A stretch of DNA of 64,000 nucleotides from Candidatus Zhuqueibacter tengchongensis (GTDB taxonomy: Bacteria > Zhuqueibacterota > Zhuqueibacteria > Zhuqueibacterales > Zhuqueibacteraceae), in NCBI GenBank assembly GCA_034506175.1, contig JAPDQB010000038.1, forward strand, positions 2,003 through 66,002, written 5' to 3'. This document shows, piece after piece, positions 37,803 to 48,306 of this stretch; the first letter of the stretch is position 1, and every line of letters begins with the position of its first letter. Below the pieces are notes generated by a model, which did not search any database, was not told the origin of the DNA, and saw nothing but the letters and a program-made list of their open reading frames with translations. The position numbers and the translations under genes are program-made.

Positions 37803-38974
37803 TGTATGAGTAACATTTTACGGGTTGCCGCAAAACCGTTGGCACGCAACGTATAAAAGTAAACGCCGCTGGTCAGACCGGTTGCCTCAAACGGCACGAG
37901 GTGCGAGCCGGCCGGCAGCGTGCCCTGCACCAGCGTTCTCACTTCACGACCGCTCGCCTCGTATACCTTCAAACTCACGAAGCTGCTTTGTTCGAGAGTA
38001 AAGCTGATCTGCGTCGTGGGGTTGAAGGGATTGGGATAGTTTTGCTGGAGGGCGAAGCCGCTGGGAACTTGGAGATCGCGTATTTTTACGGCGGTAATCA
38101 ATCCAACCGTACGCGCTCTGGTCTCAACCTCCTTGATGGCTTGAACCATTCCGGCCTCGGTGACATCATACGCCATGGCATAATAATAAGTGGCGGAAGA
38201 ATCATTGGCGCCGATGGTGACCTCACCATTATTGATATGAATCATCGAACGTGTGCCCGCCGGCGAATCCTTGGTGAGATCGAAGCTCCGGTAACTGGCG
38301 GCGTTGAAACGCACGCTATCCGGTTGATCTTCTGCAAAAGAGCCACTGACATAAAATTCTGTGCCCGCGCTCAAGCGCACCCCGGTGGGCACACCGCTGA
38401 CATACTTGGCGCCCAAAAAATGCGCCAGCGTGCCACGGAAAAAGTAAGCAATACTGTCTTGGCTGCGCCAGCGGAGATTATGATCACTGTAACTCTGATC
38501 AATGCGCGGATACAGCTCGAAGGAAATCTTTCCTGTGACCGGAGTGGCTCCCGTGTTCTTGAAGCGATAAGCCACGATGACACCCTTGAGGTCTTTCCAC
38601 ACATACACCGTCATGATGTGATGCAATTTGGAACCGGAGGGGCTTGTCCCCAGCGTTCCGCTTGCTGGACTGGTGACTTTATACAACACGTAATTGGCCT
38701 TGCGTCCAGCCGAAGTCGAGTCAATGGGGAGCGTGGCAATGGTCTTTATCGAATCGTCGAAATTATAAACATTGGACTTGTCGACGGCCAAGTTCAGAAA
38801 GGCCCAGCGATTCATACCGCGAAGCGTGCTGGGATTGGATAATACCAATCTTCCGCCCGCGGAAACAAAGACATTTGCCAAAGGCGTCCCCAATTCAAGA
38901 TCCTGCGGCAACGCGACCGCCGAGAAACCAAAAACCAAGAACGCCATGGTCAAAACCGTTATCAAGTTCTTCAT
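37799..38974 (-). CDS. Secreted hypothetical protein with T9SS C-terminal sorting domain
   Basis: Signal peptide MKNLITVLTMAFLVFGFSAVALPQ. The C-terminus reads NYPNPFNPTTQISFTLEQSSFVSLKVYEASGREV...GVYFYTL. GAGGAGG precedes the ATG at 38974. Its stop overlaps the rpiR-like start (ATGA). Confidence 0.75.
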   Translation of the reverse strand: MKNLITVLTMAFLVFGFSAVALPQDLELGTPLANVFVSAGGRLVLSNPSTLRGMNRWAFLNLAVDKSNVYNFDDSIKTIATLPIDSTSAGRKANYVLYKVTSPASGTLGTSPSGSKLHHIMTVYVWKDLKGVIVAYRFKNTGATPVTGKISFELYPRIDQSYSDHNLRWRSQDSIAYFFRGTLAHFLGAKYVSGVPTGVRLSAGTEFYVSGSFAEDQPDSVRFNAASYRSFDLTKDSPAGTRSMIHINNGEVTIGANDSSATYYYAMAYDVTEAGMVQAIKEVETRARTVGLITAVKIRDLQVPSGFALQQNYPNPFNPTTQISFTLEQSSFVSLKVYEASGREVRTLVQGTLPAGSHLVPFEATGLTSGVYFYTLRANGFAATRKMLLIQ

Positions 38975-39029
38975 AATGCCTCCTCTTGAAAAATAGGGTG
39001 AAAAGTTTTGTAAATTGATCTCGTGATAA

Positions 39030-40442
39030 CTAGTGCGGCCCCCATCCAAACAGCACAGGGATCGCAATCAAGATCAAGCCGGCGGCATAAAAAAGCAGCG
39101 CCAGCGGCAGCGCCCAGCGTAGCCATTTCTCAAAAGGGATTTTCGCAATGCCGAGCACGCCCATGGTCACGCCGGAAGTTGGAATGATCATGTTGTTGAA
39201 GCCGTCGCCGAATTGGAAAATCAACACCGCGGTCTGGCGCGTGATGCCGAGCAAATCGCTCAGCGGCGCCATGATCGGCATCGTCAGCGCCGCCTGACCA
39301 CTGCCGGAGGGCATAAAGAAATTGATGCACGCCTGCACGAACAGCATCAGATACGCCGAGACGAGGGGATGCGCTTGCTGCGTGAGTCCGGACAGCGCCG
39401 CCAAAATCGTGTCGATAATTTTTCCCTCCGTTGCCATCACCAAAATACCGCGCGAAAACGCCACCACCAGTGCCGCCATCAGCATGTCCTTGGCCCCGGC
39501 CACAAACGCCTCGGCGATTTGATTGATCCGCCGCCGCGCCACCATGCCGGCGAGAATGCCCATGCCCAAAAACAGCGCCGCGATTTCAGTGATGTACCAA
39601 TCGAATTTCAGCGCGCCAATCACCAAGCCCGTGAAAGCGAGCAAAAAAATGAGCATCACCAGCTTTTGTGGCCGTGAGAACGTTTCAACTGGTGCGGGGT
39701 TCGCCGCGCCCATCACCTCGCTTTGCCGTTCACGGTCGAGATCGTAAACCGGGCTCAACTGTGGCCGGTGTTTGACTCTTTCGGCATAGCGCACGATGAA
39801 GACGACCGCAATCATGGTCACGATGGCCCAGACCACCACACGATATTCCAATCCTGAAAACAGCGGCAGCTCGGCAATGCCTTGCGCGATGCCGACGGTA
39901 AAAGGATTGGTGAAGGCCGCTGCAAAACCGGCGCCCGCGCCAACGAAAGGAATCGCCACCCCTACGATGGAATCATAGCCCATCGAGCGCGCCAAAGGAA
40001 TAAAAATCAAAATGAACGCCAGCACTTCCTCGCTCATGCCGAAGGTCGCGCCGGCGAGCGAGAACAGCGTCGTGAGCAGCGGGATGGTGGCGGCGCGCAG
40101 GAGTGGCGTGCGTTCCACGAATCGCGTGAAGGCTTTGATGGCGGCATCGACCGCACCGGTGGAAATCACCACGCCGAAGGCGCCGCCAATGAGGAAGATG
40201 AACGCAATGATATTCGCCGCTTCGACAAAGCCGCGCAGTGGCGCGCTAAGGATGGCGCCAATGCCTTGCGGTTGTGCCTCCACCCGCTGGTAAGTGTTCG
40301 GCACCACCACCGTTCTGCCGCTTTTCTCGGCACGATCAAACTGGCCGGCCGGAACGATCCACGTCAACGCCCCCATCACCACGATGATCGCAAAAATCAG
40401 TGCCAACGTGTGCGGAAGTGTGATTTCCTTGATCAGCTTCAT
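39030..40442 (-). CDS. YfcC/DcuC-type anion/peptide carrier family membrane transporter
   Basis: 470 aa, polytopic, with the YfcC-like N-terminus (MKLIKEITLPHTLALIFAIIVVMGALTWIVPAGQF). There is a 4-nt overlap with the cyanophycinase gene. Confidence 0.75.
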   Translation of the reverse strand: MKLIKEITLPHTLALIFAIIVVMGALTWIVPAGQFDRAEKSGRTVVVPNTYQRVEAQPQGIGAILSAPLRGFVEAANIIAFIFLIGGAFGVVISTGAVDAAIKAFTRFVERTPLLRAATIPLLTTLFSLAGATFGMSEEVLAFILIFIPLARSMGYDSIVGVAIPFVGAGAGFAAAFTNPFTVGIAQGIAELPLFSGLEYRVVVWAIVTMIAVVFIVRYAERVKHRPQLSPVYDLDRERQSEVMGAANPAPVETFSRPQKLVMLIFLLAFTGLVIGALKFDWYITEIAALFLGMGILAGMVARRRINQIAEAFVAGAKDMLMAALVVAFSRGILVMATEGKIIDTILAALSGLTQQAHPLVSAYLMLFVQACINFFMPSGSGQAALTMPIMAPLSDLLGITRQTAVLIFQFGDGFNNMIIPTSGVTMGVLGIAKIPFEKWLRWALPLALLFYAAGLILIAIPVLFGWGPH

Positions 40443-41329
40443 TTTTGATCGGGATTCAGTCTTGTCACTCTTCTTTTGCGCAAATCGTAAACCGAACCGT
40501 TTCTCAATACATGCAGCCGTATCTCTTGCGCCCGCAAGCCATACCCAGCATCATCGCGCCGGGCTTGTGCCTTTGTCGCATCGATGACGAGCACAGGACC
40601 GGCGCCAATGATCTCGAAGGTTTGATCCGGCTTGACCCAAATCGCCGTGTTTTCATCGATGCCAATGCCAACCCGTTGTGGATGTTCCAGCACCAAACTG
40701 AGCAGACGGTTGAACCGTTTGCGCCGCACAAAATGCTGGTCGATGATGGCGTGGTCGATAAATCCGAAGCCGGCGCTGGTAACGATATTTTCCGCCTCGA
40801 TGGTGTTGAAAGTGGAATCACCTACCGGCCGGCGCTGATCGCCGGTGATCATCATGGCGCTCATGACGGCCGCGCCGGCGCTGGTGCCACCGATAACACC
40901 ACCGCGCGCATAGAATTCATGCAACCACGCTTCGACCGCGGTGCCTTTGAGGGCCGCGGTCAGACGTGATTGATCGCCGCCGGAAAAGAATACACCGGTG
41001 ACCCCTTTCAGCAGTTGCCGCACCGAATCCGAATTGGCCTGCGCTTTAGTAATATTCAACACTATGGTTTCACCAGCGCCATAGTCGCGTAATTGCTTTG
41101 CCTTGTTGGCTCCCGTTTCGTTGGCGATGCTGCTGGCCATCGGGAAAATGATGACTTTCGCTCGCTCCGCGCCGGCCAAACGAGTAAAAGTCTGCATGAT
41201 GGTAGCCTCACGAATCTCGCCGCCACCCATGATGAGAAGATGGCCTTGCGGTGGCATGGCTGCCGTTTGTCCACCCCCCACGACCGTGATCGCCATGAGT
41301 GTAACGAAAATCTTGCGCGTCATGAACAT
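40439..41329 (-). CDS. cphE: Secreted cyanophycinase (peptidase S51)
   Basis: 296 aa: signal peptide, LLIMGGGE, FFSGGDQSRL, the GGTSAGAAVMS nucleophile motif and IIDQHFVRRKRFNRLL. Confidence 0.8.
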   Translation of the reverse strand: MFMTRKIFVTLMAITVVGGGQTAAMPPQGHLLIMGGGEIREATIMQTFTRLAGAERAKVIIFPMASSIANETGANKAKQLRDYGAGETIVLNITKAQANSDSVRQLLKGVTGVFFSGGDQSRLTAALKGTAVEAWLHEFYARGGVIGGTSAGAAVMSAMMITGDQRRPVGDSTFNTIEAENIVTSAGFGFIDHAIIDQHFVRRKRFNRLLSLVLEHPQRVGIGIDENTAIWVKPDQTFEIIGAGPVLVIDATKAQARRDDAGYGLRAQEIRLHVLRNGSVYDLRKRRVTRLNPDQK

Positions 41330-41416
41330 AGCAGTGCAATCAGTGATAAAAGAGGCGTGATGAAAATTCGAACGTCAGGAATTGAATAGGGTAGTGTACG
41401 CTTTGTTAATCCCGAT

Positions 41417-41649
41417 TCCTCTGAAAATAAGTTCGTCGTTGCGCCTTTAGGCGTCGGGCTCCCGACAAAAGTTAAACGCCTGAAGGCGACACGACAAACG
41501 TTTATTTTCATCATTATCGGGTGCCGCGCCCGGCATGGGCAATTACCACGAAAATGCCGTGGCGCAGGCTTCCAGCCTGCCTGCAGACAAGATGTCTGCG
41601 CTGCATTTTCATCGCGATGGGTGTCCAAACGGACATGAACAATTACTCC
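41417..41649 (-). repeat. ~230-nt composite structured repeat, copy B2
   Basis: Its reverse complement aligns with B1 and B3 over the full length. It lies between the M20 peptidase and cyanophycinase genes, in the sense orientation. Confidence 0.85.
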
Positions 41650-41700
41650 AGAAAAACTATCCCTGGCCTGCGGCAGGGCAGGCACGACCGCGAGGATTTT

Positions 41701-41752
41701 GTAGCGCAAGCTTCCAGCTCGCTTTTGTTTGCAGACTGGGAGTCTGCGCTAC
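41701..41752. repeat. REPIN-like inverted pair of GTAG-headed palindromes
   Basis: GTAGCGCAAGCTTCCAGCTCGC ttttgtt TGCAGACTGGGAGTCTGCGCTAC. The right half is the reverse complement of GTAGCGCAGACTCCCAGTCTGCA. Confidence 0.75.
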
Positions 41753-41764
41753 GAATTATCGGGG

Positions 41765-42883
41765 TCAATCCGGTTCGACCAGAGCGAAAGCAATCTCTGC
41801 GGTTTTAATGAGATCCTCAATCAGGACGAATTCCTCAACGGTGTGGGGCTTCTGGGCGCCAATGCCGAGGTTGATCGCCGGTAGTCCTTTGGCATTCCAG
41901 ATATTGGCGTCGCTTCCTCCCATGTAACGAATCGGATTCGGTACGAGAGCAACAGCGCGCAACGCGCGCTCCAGCGCTCTTACCACCGGCGCCTCGGGAG
42001 CGTGCCCATAAGGCTCGAAATCGTCGTAACTCTCGAAATGGAGGGCACCAATGCCGTTCACCGTACGTGCCGCCGTATCGCGAATCGAAGCGATCTGCTC
42101 TTGAATCCGCCGGCGGGAAAAAGAACGCACTTCCCCTTCAACCACCACTTTGTCCGGAACAATATTGATGGCGGTACCGCCGTGGATTTTTCCGAGATTG
42201 GCCGTCGTCTCCGTATCAATGCGACCGGTTTTGATTTGTGCCAAAGCCGTACTGGCCAAGGCGATGGCATTGATGCCTTCCTCGGGAGCAACCCCAGAAT
42301 GTGCAGCCTTGCCGATAAAAGTGAGTTGAAAAATCGTGGACCCGACACATTCGCGAATATAAGTGCCCGGTCGCCGCGAACAGTCGAAGACAAACGCCTG
42401 TTTGAGGTTGAGCCGGGATAAATCCAGTTGCGTGGCGCCCAGCATGCCGATTTCCTCGGCAACGGTAAAAACGACCATGAAATTCTTATGCGCGCGGCCT
42501 TGCCGCGCCAAAGTCAACAGGAGATGAACCAAGACGGCAACCCCGAGACGATTGTCCGCGCCTAAAATCGTTTTGCCATTGGTGCGCACGGCGTCACCAT
42601 CCGCCACCGGCTCGAGGCAGGCGGTCGATTGAACCGTGTCGAGATGTGCATTGAGAAGCAGAGCCGGTTCGTGCGGGTTGAAATCAGGCGGCAGGCAAAT
42701 TAGATTTCCCGTATTGCCCTGAAGACGTTTTCCGGCGTCGTCCTCCTGCACCCGGATATCATTTTGGCGCAGGAGCCCGATGATTTCATCGGCAATCCGC
42801 CGTTCGCCGAGAGCAACGCCCTCGATCGGCAACAGGCGCAGAAACAACTGCTGGAGAGCCTCCGGGTCGACGCACTTTGTCAT
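41765..42883 (-). CDS. Peptidase M20 family (PepT-like) metallopeptidase
   Basis: M20 motifs: LLNAHLDTVQ, GADNRLGVAVL and FTVAEEIGMLGA. I set the start at ATG 42883 because the longer track ORF (to 42961) begins inside a consensus promoter. Confidence 0.75.
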   Translation of the reverse strand: MTKCVDPEALQQLFLRLLPIEGVALGERRIADEIIGLLRQNDIRVQEDDAGKRLQGNTGNLICLPPDFNPHEPALLLNAHLDTVQSTACLEPVADGDAVRTNGKTILGADNRLGVAVLVHLLLTLARQGRAHKNFMVVFTVAEEIGMLGATQLDLSRLNLKQAFVFDCSRRPGTYIRECVGSTIFQLTFIGKAAHSGVAPEEGINAIALASTALAQIKTGRIDTETTANLGKIHGGTAINIVPDKVVVEGEVRSFSRRRIQEQIASIRDTAARTVNGIGALHFESYDDFEPYGHAPEAPVVRALERALRAVALVPNPIRYMGGSDANIWNAKGLPAINLGIGAQKPHTVEEFVLIEDLIKTAEIAFALVEPD

Positions 42884-42940
42884 GATTTGCACCAATTGTT
42901 TCACAAAAATGATTAACTGAAACAACTGACTCGCCGCCAT

Positions 42941-42969
42941 ATTATAATAACGTTCTTTCAATTTGTCAA
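42941..42969 (-). promoter_or_regulatory. Consensus sigma70-type promoter (TTGACA-17 nt-TATAAT)
   Basis: The minus strand reads TTGACA aattgaaagaacgttat TATAAT, about 55 nt upstream of the M20 peptidase ATG at 42883. Confidence 0.55.
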
Positions 42970-43112
42970 GTGTTTTTTTCTTTTGCTAAATTCTCTTTTT
43001 TCGATTTATATTGTAGCCGGAACCATGTCGCGGTTTATTGAACCGTGATAGGGGATCATCATACCATCGTTTTGTCATGACAATCGAATCTATATTTCCG
43101 AGAGGCGTTGCA

Positions 43113-44216
<1,104 letters not shown>

Positions 44217-45133
44217 TAACAGAGTAGTGTCAAAATTTTCCAGATTTTTTACTGTGAATTGTTTTATTTATCTGCAATTGATTATCGTTTAACCCTCCTC
44301 CCCCTAAGCCGTCAACTGTTTTATTCACGGAGACGTTGTCATGACGAGTATCAATCGTTTCGTGATTTGGCTTTGTTCGCGCTTTGAGCGTGAGCAACTC
44401 GAACAGATTGTTCAGCAACTCCAGGAGATTTTCGCCAATCGCAACCCCGAAATCAAACTCAAGGACGATTTTTAAAAAAAACACCCAAACTACCGAGAAT
44501 TCTCCGTCGATCCCACACCACTGTTAAAAGCGCCGCCACTTGCCCCACCAAGTCCCAAAGTGAATTGGCGGGAACGCCTCGCGGCGTTTTTTCGCACGCA
44601 TGGGTGTCACCTGCTTCCGGTCTTGTTCAATCATTGTCTCATGCCTAAGAAAACGCAAAAGCTTTCGCCGGTTAACCACTCGTGATCCGTTCTCCTCACT
44701 TGTCTTTTCACTTATCCCTCCCGTTTTTCATAAAACTTTTGACACTACCCAATTAGCGCCTTCAACTTTTGGGTGGGCTTATCGCCGGAATTTCAATCAT
44801 TCTCAAAAAATCGAAAATGTGTCATATTTTTAAACAAATTCCCTTCAAAAGTCAAGAATGTTTCAATTCTTGCATGCAATTTTTTAACTGAACCGGTATT
44901 GTCTCTGCGGGCCATGACGGACAAAAGACACGGCGCCCCTGTGATGTTGTTTCCCGGCAATATTTTTCCCCAGCTCAAATTCACTTCCGTAATTTTCCGC
45001 GATTGTCTGTATATACTATTCAGCTTTTAAAAAGCGTTTGGAAGCCAATGACGCCGAGTGAATAAAATTCCGTTCCTAAGATTTTGTTCAACTTGTTCTC
45101 AGGGACGGGAATGAGTCAGAATAGATAAGAACC

Positions 45134-48100
45134 ATGTTGTCTTTGAGACTGCGGATGGGAAACGAGAAGCGGAGAGCAGCAGGCAAAGTGCAGCGGGCAA
45201 AGTGCAGCGGGCAAAATCGCATTCTTTTTTGCTTGTTGCCACTTGCCACTTGCCGCGTGCTTGTGTGTGTCCTCGCCGTTCAGCTTTTGCCGCTCGCCGC
45301 TCTTCGCGCGCAAACCCCGGATTTTCCTTTAAAAGCTAATAAGGAAGAGTCGGAGCCGTCCGCCAAAACACAGGCCGCTTTCAACCCCGACCAAATCATC
45401 CCCTACGAAGATCGCCTGCGTTTTTATCTCGATCTCAAAACCAAGGATTTTCTGGTCGAGATGGCCGATAAAGAAATGATTTTGCTGCAAACCATCGAGA
45501 ACGTCACGGCGGAAGTCAAGCAGCGCGGCCTCGACGGCATCGTGAACGACGATGCCGGGTTCAACGTCGTTTACCAAAAAACGCAGACGCTGACCGACAG
45601 CTACACCGCCGAGCTGGAAGCGATTCTGGCGATGATCGATGAAATTTCCGCGCTGTCCGGAACCCTGGAGAAAGAGCGGCAGTACGGGCTTCTGGAAAAA
45701 TTTCAGGATTTGAAAGCGCGCCTGGTCGCCGCGCTGGAAGACCGCAAATTATACAAAAAAGCGCCGGCCACGCCGAGCCACGTCGCCGGCTTGATCAAAG
45801 AATACGGCGGCGAAGTCGACTCGCTGTTGCGGATTTATCATCGCCTGGAAAAATTCCGGCGGCTGGCGGAGGCAAAAGGCGACACGGCGGTGTTGCCGCT
45901 GGTGGAGAGGCAGAAGGCGAGTCTCTTGCGGATGGTGGCCGATCTCAAAAGCGACACCACGCGTACGCCGGATTTGGCCGAGGCCTTTCTCAAAGAAACC
46001 GAACAGGTCGCGGCGCTGTTGCTGGAGCTGGATAAACTCGAAAAAACCGCCACCACTTCGTTGGAGACGACGATTGAGGTCGAGGCCGTGCGCCGGAATC
46101 TGGTGGCAAAGATCGACACCCGGCTGTTGCAGCTTTTCGGATTTTATCAGTACGCCAACACCCGCAAGCCCAGCCTCGACGAGGTTTTTCACGCCTGGCG
46201 CGGCGAACGTTTGGCGGATTATCAAGCGCGGTCCGCTGAATATGAGGTGATGAAGAAACGCCTGCTCACCACCGGTGGCGCCAAAGAGCGCCGCCGCATG
46301 CTGGAGCGGGATTTGACCAATGCGCTGCTGAATTATGCGGCGGAGCGTTATCGCGTTGCCGAGCTGCAATTCGATGCAATTATTCGGGATTACGACCGCT
46401 ATTTTTCGAATTGGGACGCGATTAAATTTTATCGCGCCGAATCATTTTACGCCCGCCAGCTTTATCCCTCGGCTTTTGAAAGTTATGAAGAATTGCTGCG
46501 GAGCCATCCTGACTCCAAATTTCTCGGCTTGACGCTGCTGCGCCTGATGACGATTGCGCACACGCTGAAATGGGAACAGCCTTTTTTTGCATACTATCAT
46601 CGCCTTGACAGCCTGGCTCAGGCGGGCGGCCCGAACGCCGTGCCTTCCCGCGTGGTCGAGCGCGGCCGTTATTTGGCGGGATACTATAATTTGAATTTGG
46701 AAAAATATTCGGAGGCCGAAGCAGCGCTCAGCCAGATTCCGCCGCCGTCGCGTTATCATTTTGCGGCGCAATATCTGCGCGGCATTGCGCAAACGCATCT
46801 CGGCAATCTTTCCGCGGCTTTTTTGCATTTTCAATACGTCGCCGAAACCACCAGCGGTTTTAAAGAGCCGATCACCGGTTTGGCGTTGGCCAATCCGACC
46901 AACACGTTGATTCAAAACAACGCGATGATGCGGCTCGGCTTCATTTATTATCAACGCGGCGAGTTCGCCAATGCGATTCGTTATTTTGAAAAAGTCTCGC
47001 GCGGCGCGGAGAATTATGATCAGGCGCTCATCGGCTTGTCGTGGGCCTATTTGAAGCAGGGCGACTTGCAGCGCACGATGGCCGCCGCCGGCTCGGTGCT
47101 GAGTAATTATTTGTCGTCGAATTATCAGTATGAGGCCATGGTGCTTTCGGCGCATTGCCAGCGGCTGCTCAATCAACCGGAAAGCGCGCTGGAGGAATTT
47201 CGCTATGTGGCCAATGCCCACGGCGTGCTCGATTTGGCAAAGGGGTATCAAGATGAACGCGCCCAAATTCTCGCGCAGCTCGGCGAAGTCGACCGCCTGG
47301 AAAAAACGGCGCTGGAACATCAGGATCGCCAGCTGTACGCCATCATCGCTGAAGTCCGCCAGACTTTGTTCGGCATGATGAACGGTTTCGGTTTTCGCAG
47401 CAACACCGGCGCGAGGTTGATCGACAATTTTTCCGAAGAGCGGCAAAGTGTTTATCGACAGATTCAGCAATTGGATCGCCTGGTTGCGGAAGCTAATGCA
47501 ATGGGGTTGATTGACGTGGCGCGCGATGCCATCGAGCGGCGCAACCGCCTGGTGCGTGTCTTGGAGACGTATCAGGCCGACCGTTCGATTGAGAATGTGA
47601 ATTATTTCATCGACTATCCGCTGGCAACCAAGGAGAGCAGCGCCGCCTACCGCCGGCAGATCGTGCTGAATTTGTTTAAAGAAATGGAAGCGGAGCAGAA
47701 CCGTCTGAAGGAGAATCTCGCGGCTGCCAACCGCCTGGTCTCGTCGCCAACTGCCGGACGCGACCTCAGCGTCGCCATCGATTTGAAGGCGGTGCAGGAT
47801 GATTTCAAAGCGCTCAAATACCGCATGGATCGGTTTCAAACCTGGCTGTCGACTTACAAAGTCGATGAGGTGGCGACGCAGGCGGATTTGTGGGCGGATG
47901 TGTCCGGCTTCGGCATGAGCGATATTGCCTTTCGCCAGCTCAACCAGCGCGAGCAGCAGATCAATTTGTATTCACAAAATCTCACTTCGATCGACAACAT
48001 TCTGCGCGACCGCAAGAGCACGCTGGAAGAGATGCTGAAGGTTTTTGACAAGGAAATGCGCAAAATCGAGGAAGATTTGCTCAATGAGCAGGTTCGCCTC

Positions 48101-48226
48101 GACAAGCTGGAGCACGAGACCTATTTTAAAAAGTCTTATTTCGACCTGTCCACCTCCGAAATTGGCGTTGGCACGGCGCCCAAATCGCCGACTGTCGAAG
48201 ATATTTTGAAGGATCAAATTCCATAA
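45134..48226 (+). CDS. Giant envelope-associated coiled-coil/TPR protein (1030 aa)
   Basis: An N-terminal hydrophobic segment (LVCVLAVQLLPLAALRAQ), long heptad-like stretches at both ends, and central TPR-like repeats (e.g. NNAMMRLGFIYYQRGEFANAIRYFEKV, ALIGLSWAYLKQGDLQ). Confidence 0.75.
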   Translation: MLSLRLRMGNEKRRAAGKVQRAKCSGQNRILFCLLPLATCRVLVCVLAVQLLPLAALRAQTPDFPLKANKEESEPSAKTQAAFNPDQIIPYEDRLRFYLDLKTKDFLVEMADKEMILLQTIENVTAEVKQRGLDGIVNDDAGFNVVYQKTQTLTDSYTAELEAILAMIDEISALSGTLEKERQYGLLEKFQDLKARLVAALEDRKLYKKAPATPSHVAGLIKEYGGEVDSLLRIYHRLEKFRRLAEAKGDTAVLPLVERQKASLLRMVADLKSDTTRTPDLAEAFLKETEQVAALLLELDKLEKTATTSLETTIEVEAVRRNLVAKIDTRLLQLFGFYQYANTRKPSLDEVFHAWRGERLADYQARSAEYEVMKKRLLTTGGAKERRRMLERDLTNALLNYAAERYRVAELQFDAIIRDYDRYFSNWDAIKFYRAESFYARQLYPSAFESYEELLRSHPDSKFLGLTLLRLMTIAHTLKWEQPFFAYYHRLDSLAQAGGPNAVPSRVVERGRYLAGYYNLNLEKYSEAEAALSQIPPPSRYHFAAQYLRGIAQTHLGNLSAAFLHFQYVAETTSGFKEPITGLALANPTNTLIQNNAMMRLGFIYYQRGEFANAIRYFEKVSRGAENYDQALIGLSWAYLKQGDLQRTMAAAGSVLSNYLSSNYQYEAMVLSAHCQRLLNQPESALEEFRYVANAHGVLDLAKGYQDERAQILAQLGEVDRLEKTALEHQDRQLYAIIAEVRQTLFGMMNGFGFRSNTGARLIDNFSEERQSVYRQIQQLDRLVAEANAMGLIDVARDAIERRNRLVRVLETYQADRSIENVNYFIDYPLATKESSAAYRRQIVLNLFKEMEAEQNRLKENLAAANRLVSSPTAGRDLSVAIDLKAVQDDFKALKYRMDRFQTWLSTYKVDEVATQADLWADVSGFGMSDIAFRQLNQREQQINLYSQNLTSIDNILRDRKSTLEEMLKVFDKEMRKIEEDLLNEQVRLDKLEHETYFKKSYFDLSTSEIGVGTAPKSPTVEDILKDQIP

Positions 48227-48232
48227 TTTTTT

Positions 48233-48295
48233 GTAGTCGTCCCTTCAGGGACTGAATGCAGCATCATTATCGAGAGTGCCTAAAGGCACTGCGAC
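48233..48295 (+). repeat. GTAG-headed double hairpin (family E), copy 1
   Basis: GTAGTCGTCCCTTCAGGGACT ... AGTGCCTAAAGGCACT GCGAC, located in the gap between the two giant TPR genes. Confidence 0.65.
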
Positions 48296-48306
48296 GAAAC
48301 AGAATA

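Noticed and set aside
44341-44475. 44-codon ORF with a GGAG site, considered as a real small gene, possibly with programmed frameshift or readthrough at T5A8
   Set aside because: There is no recognisable family. All three frames downstream are open for stretches, as expected for decayed or AT-rich DNA, and there is no support from context. I kept it only as an observation in the findings.
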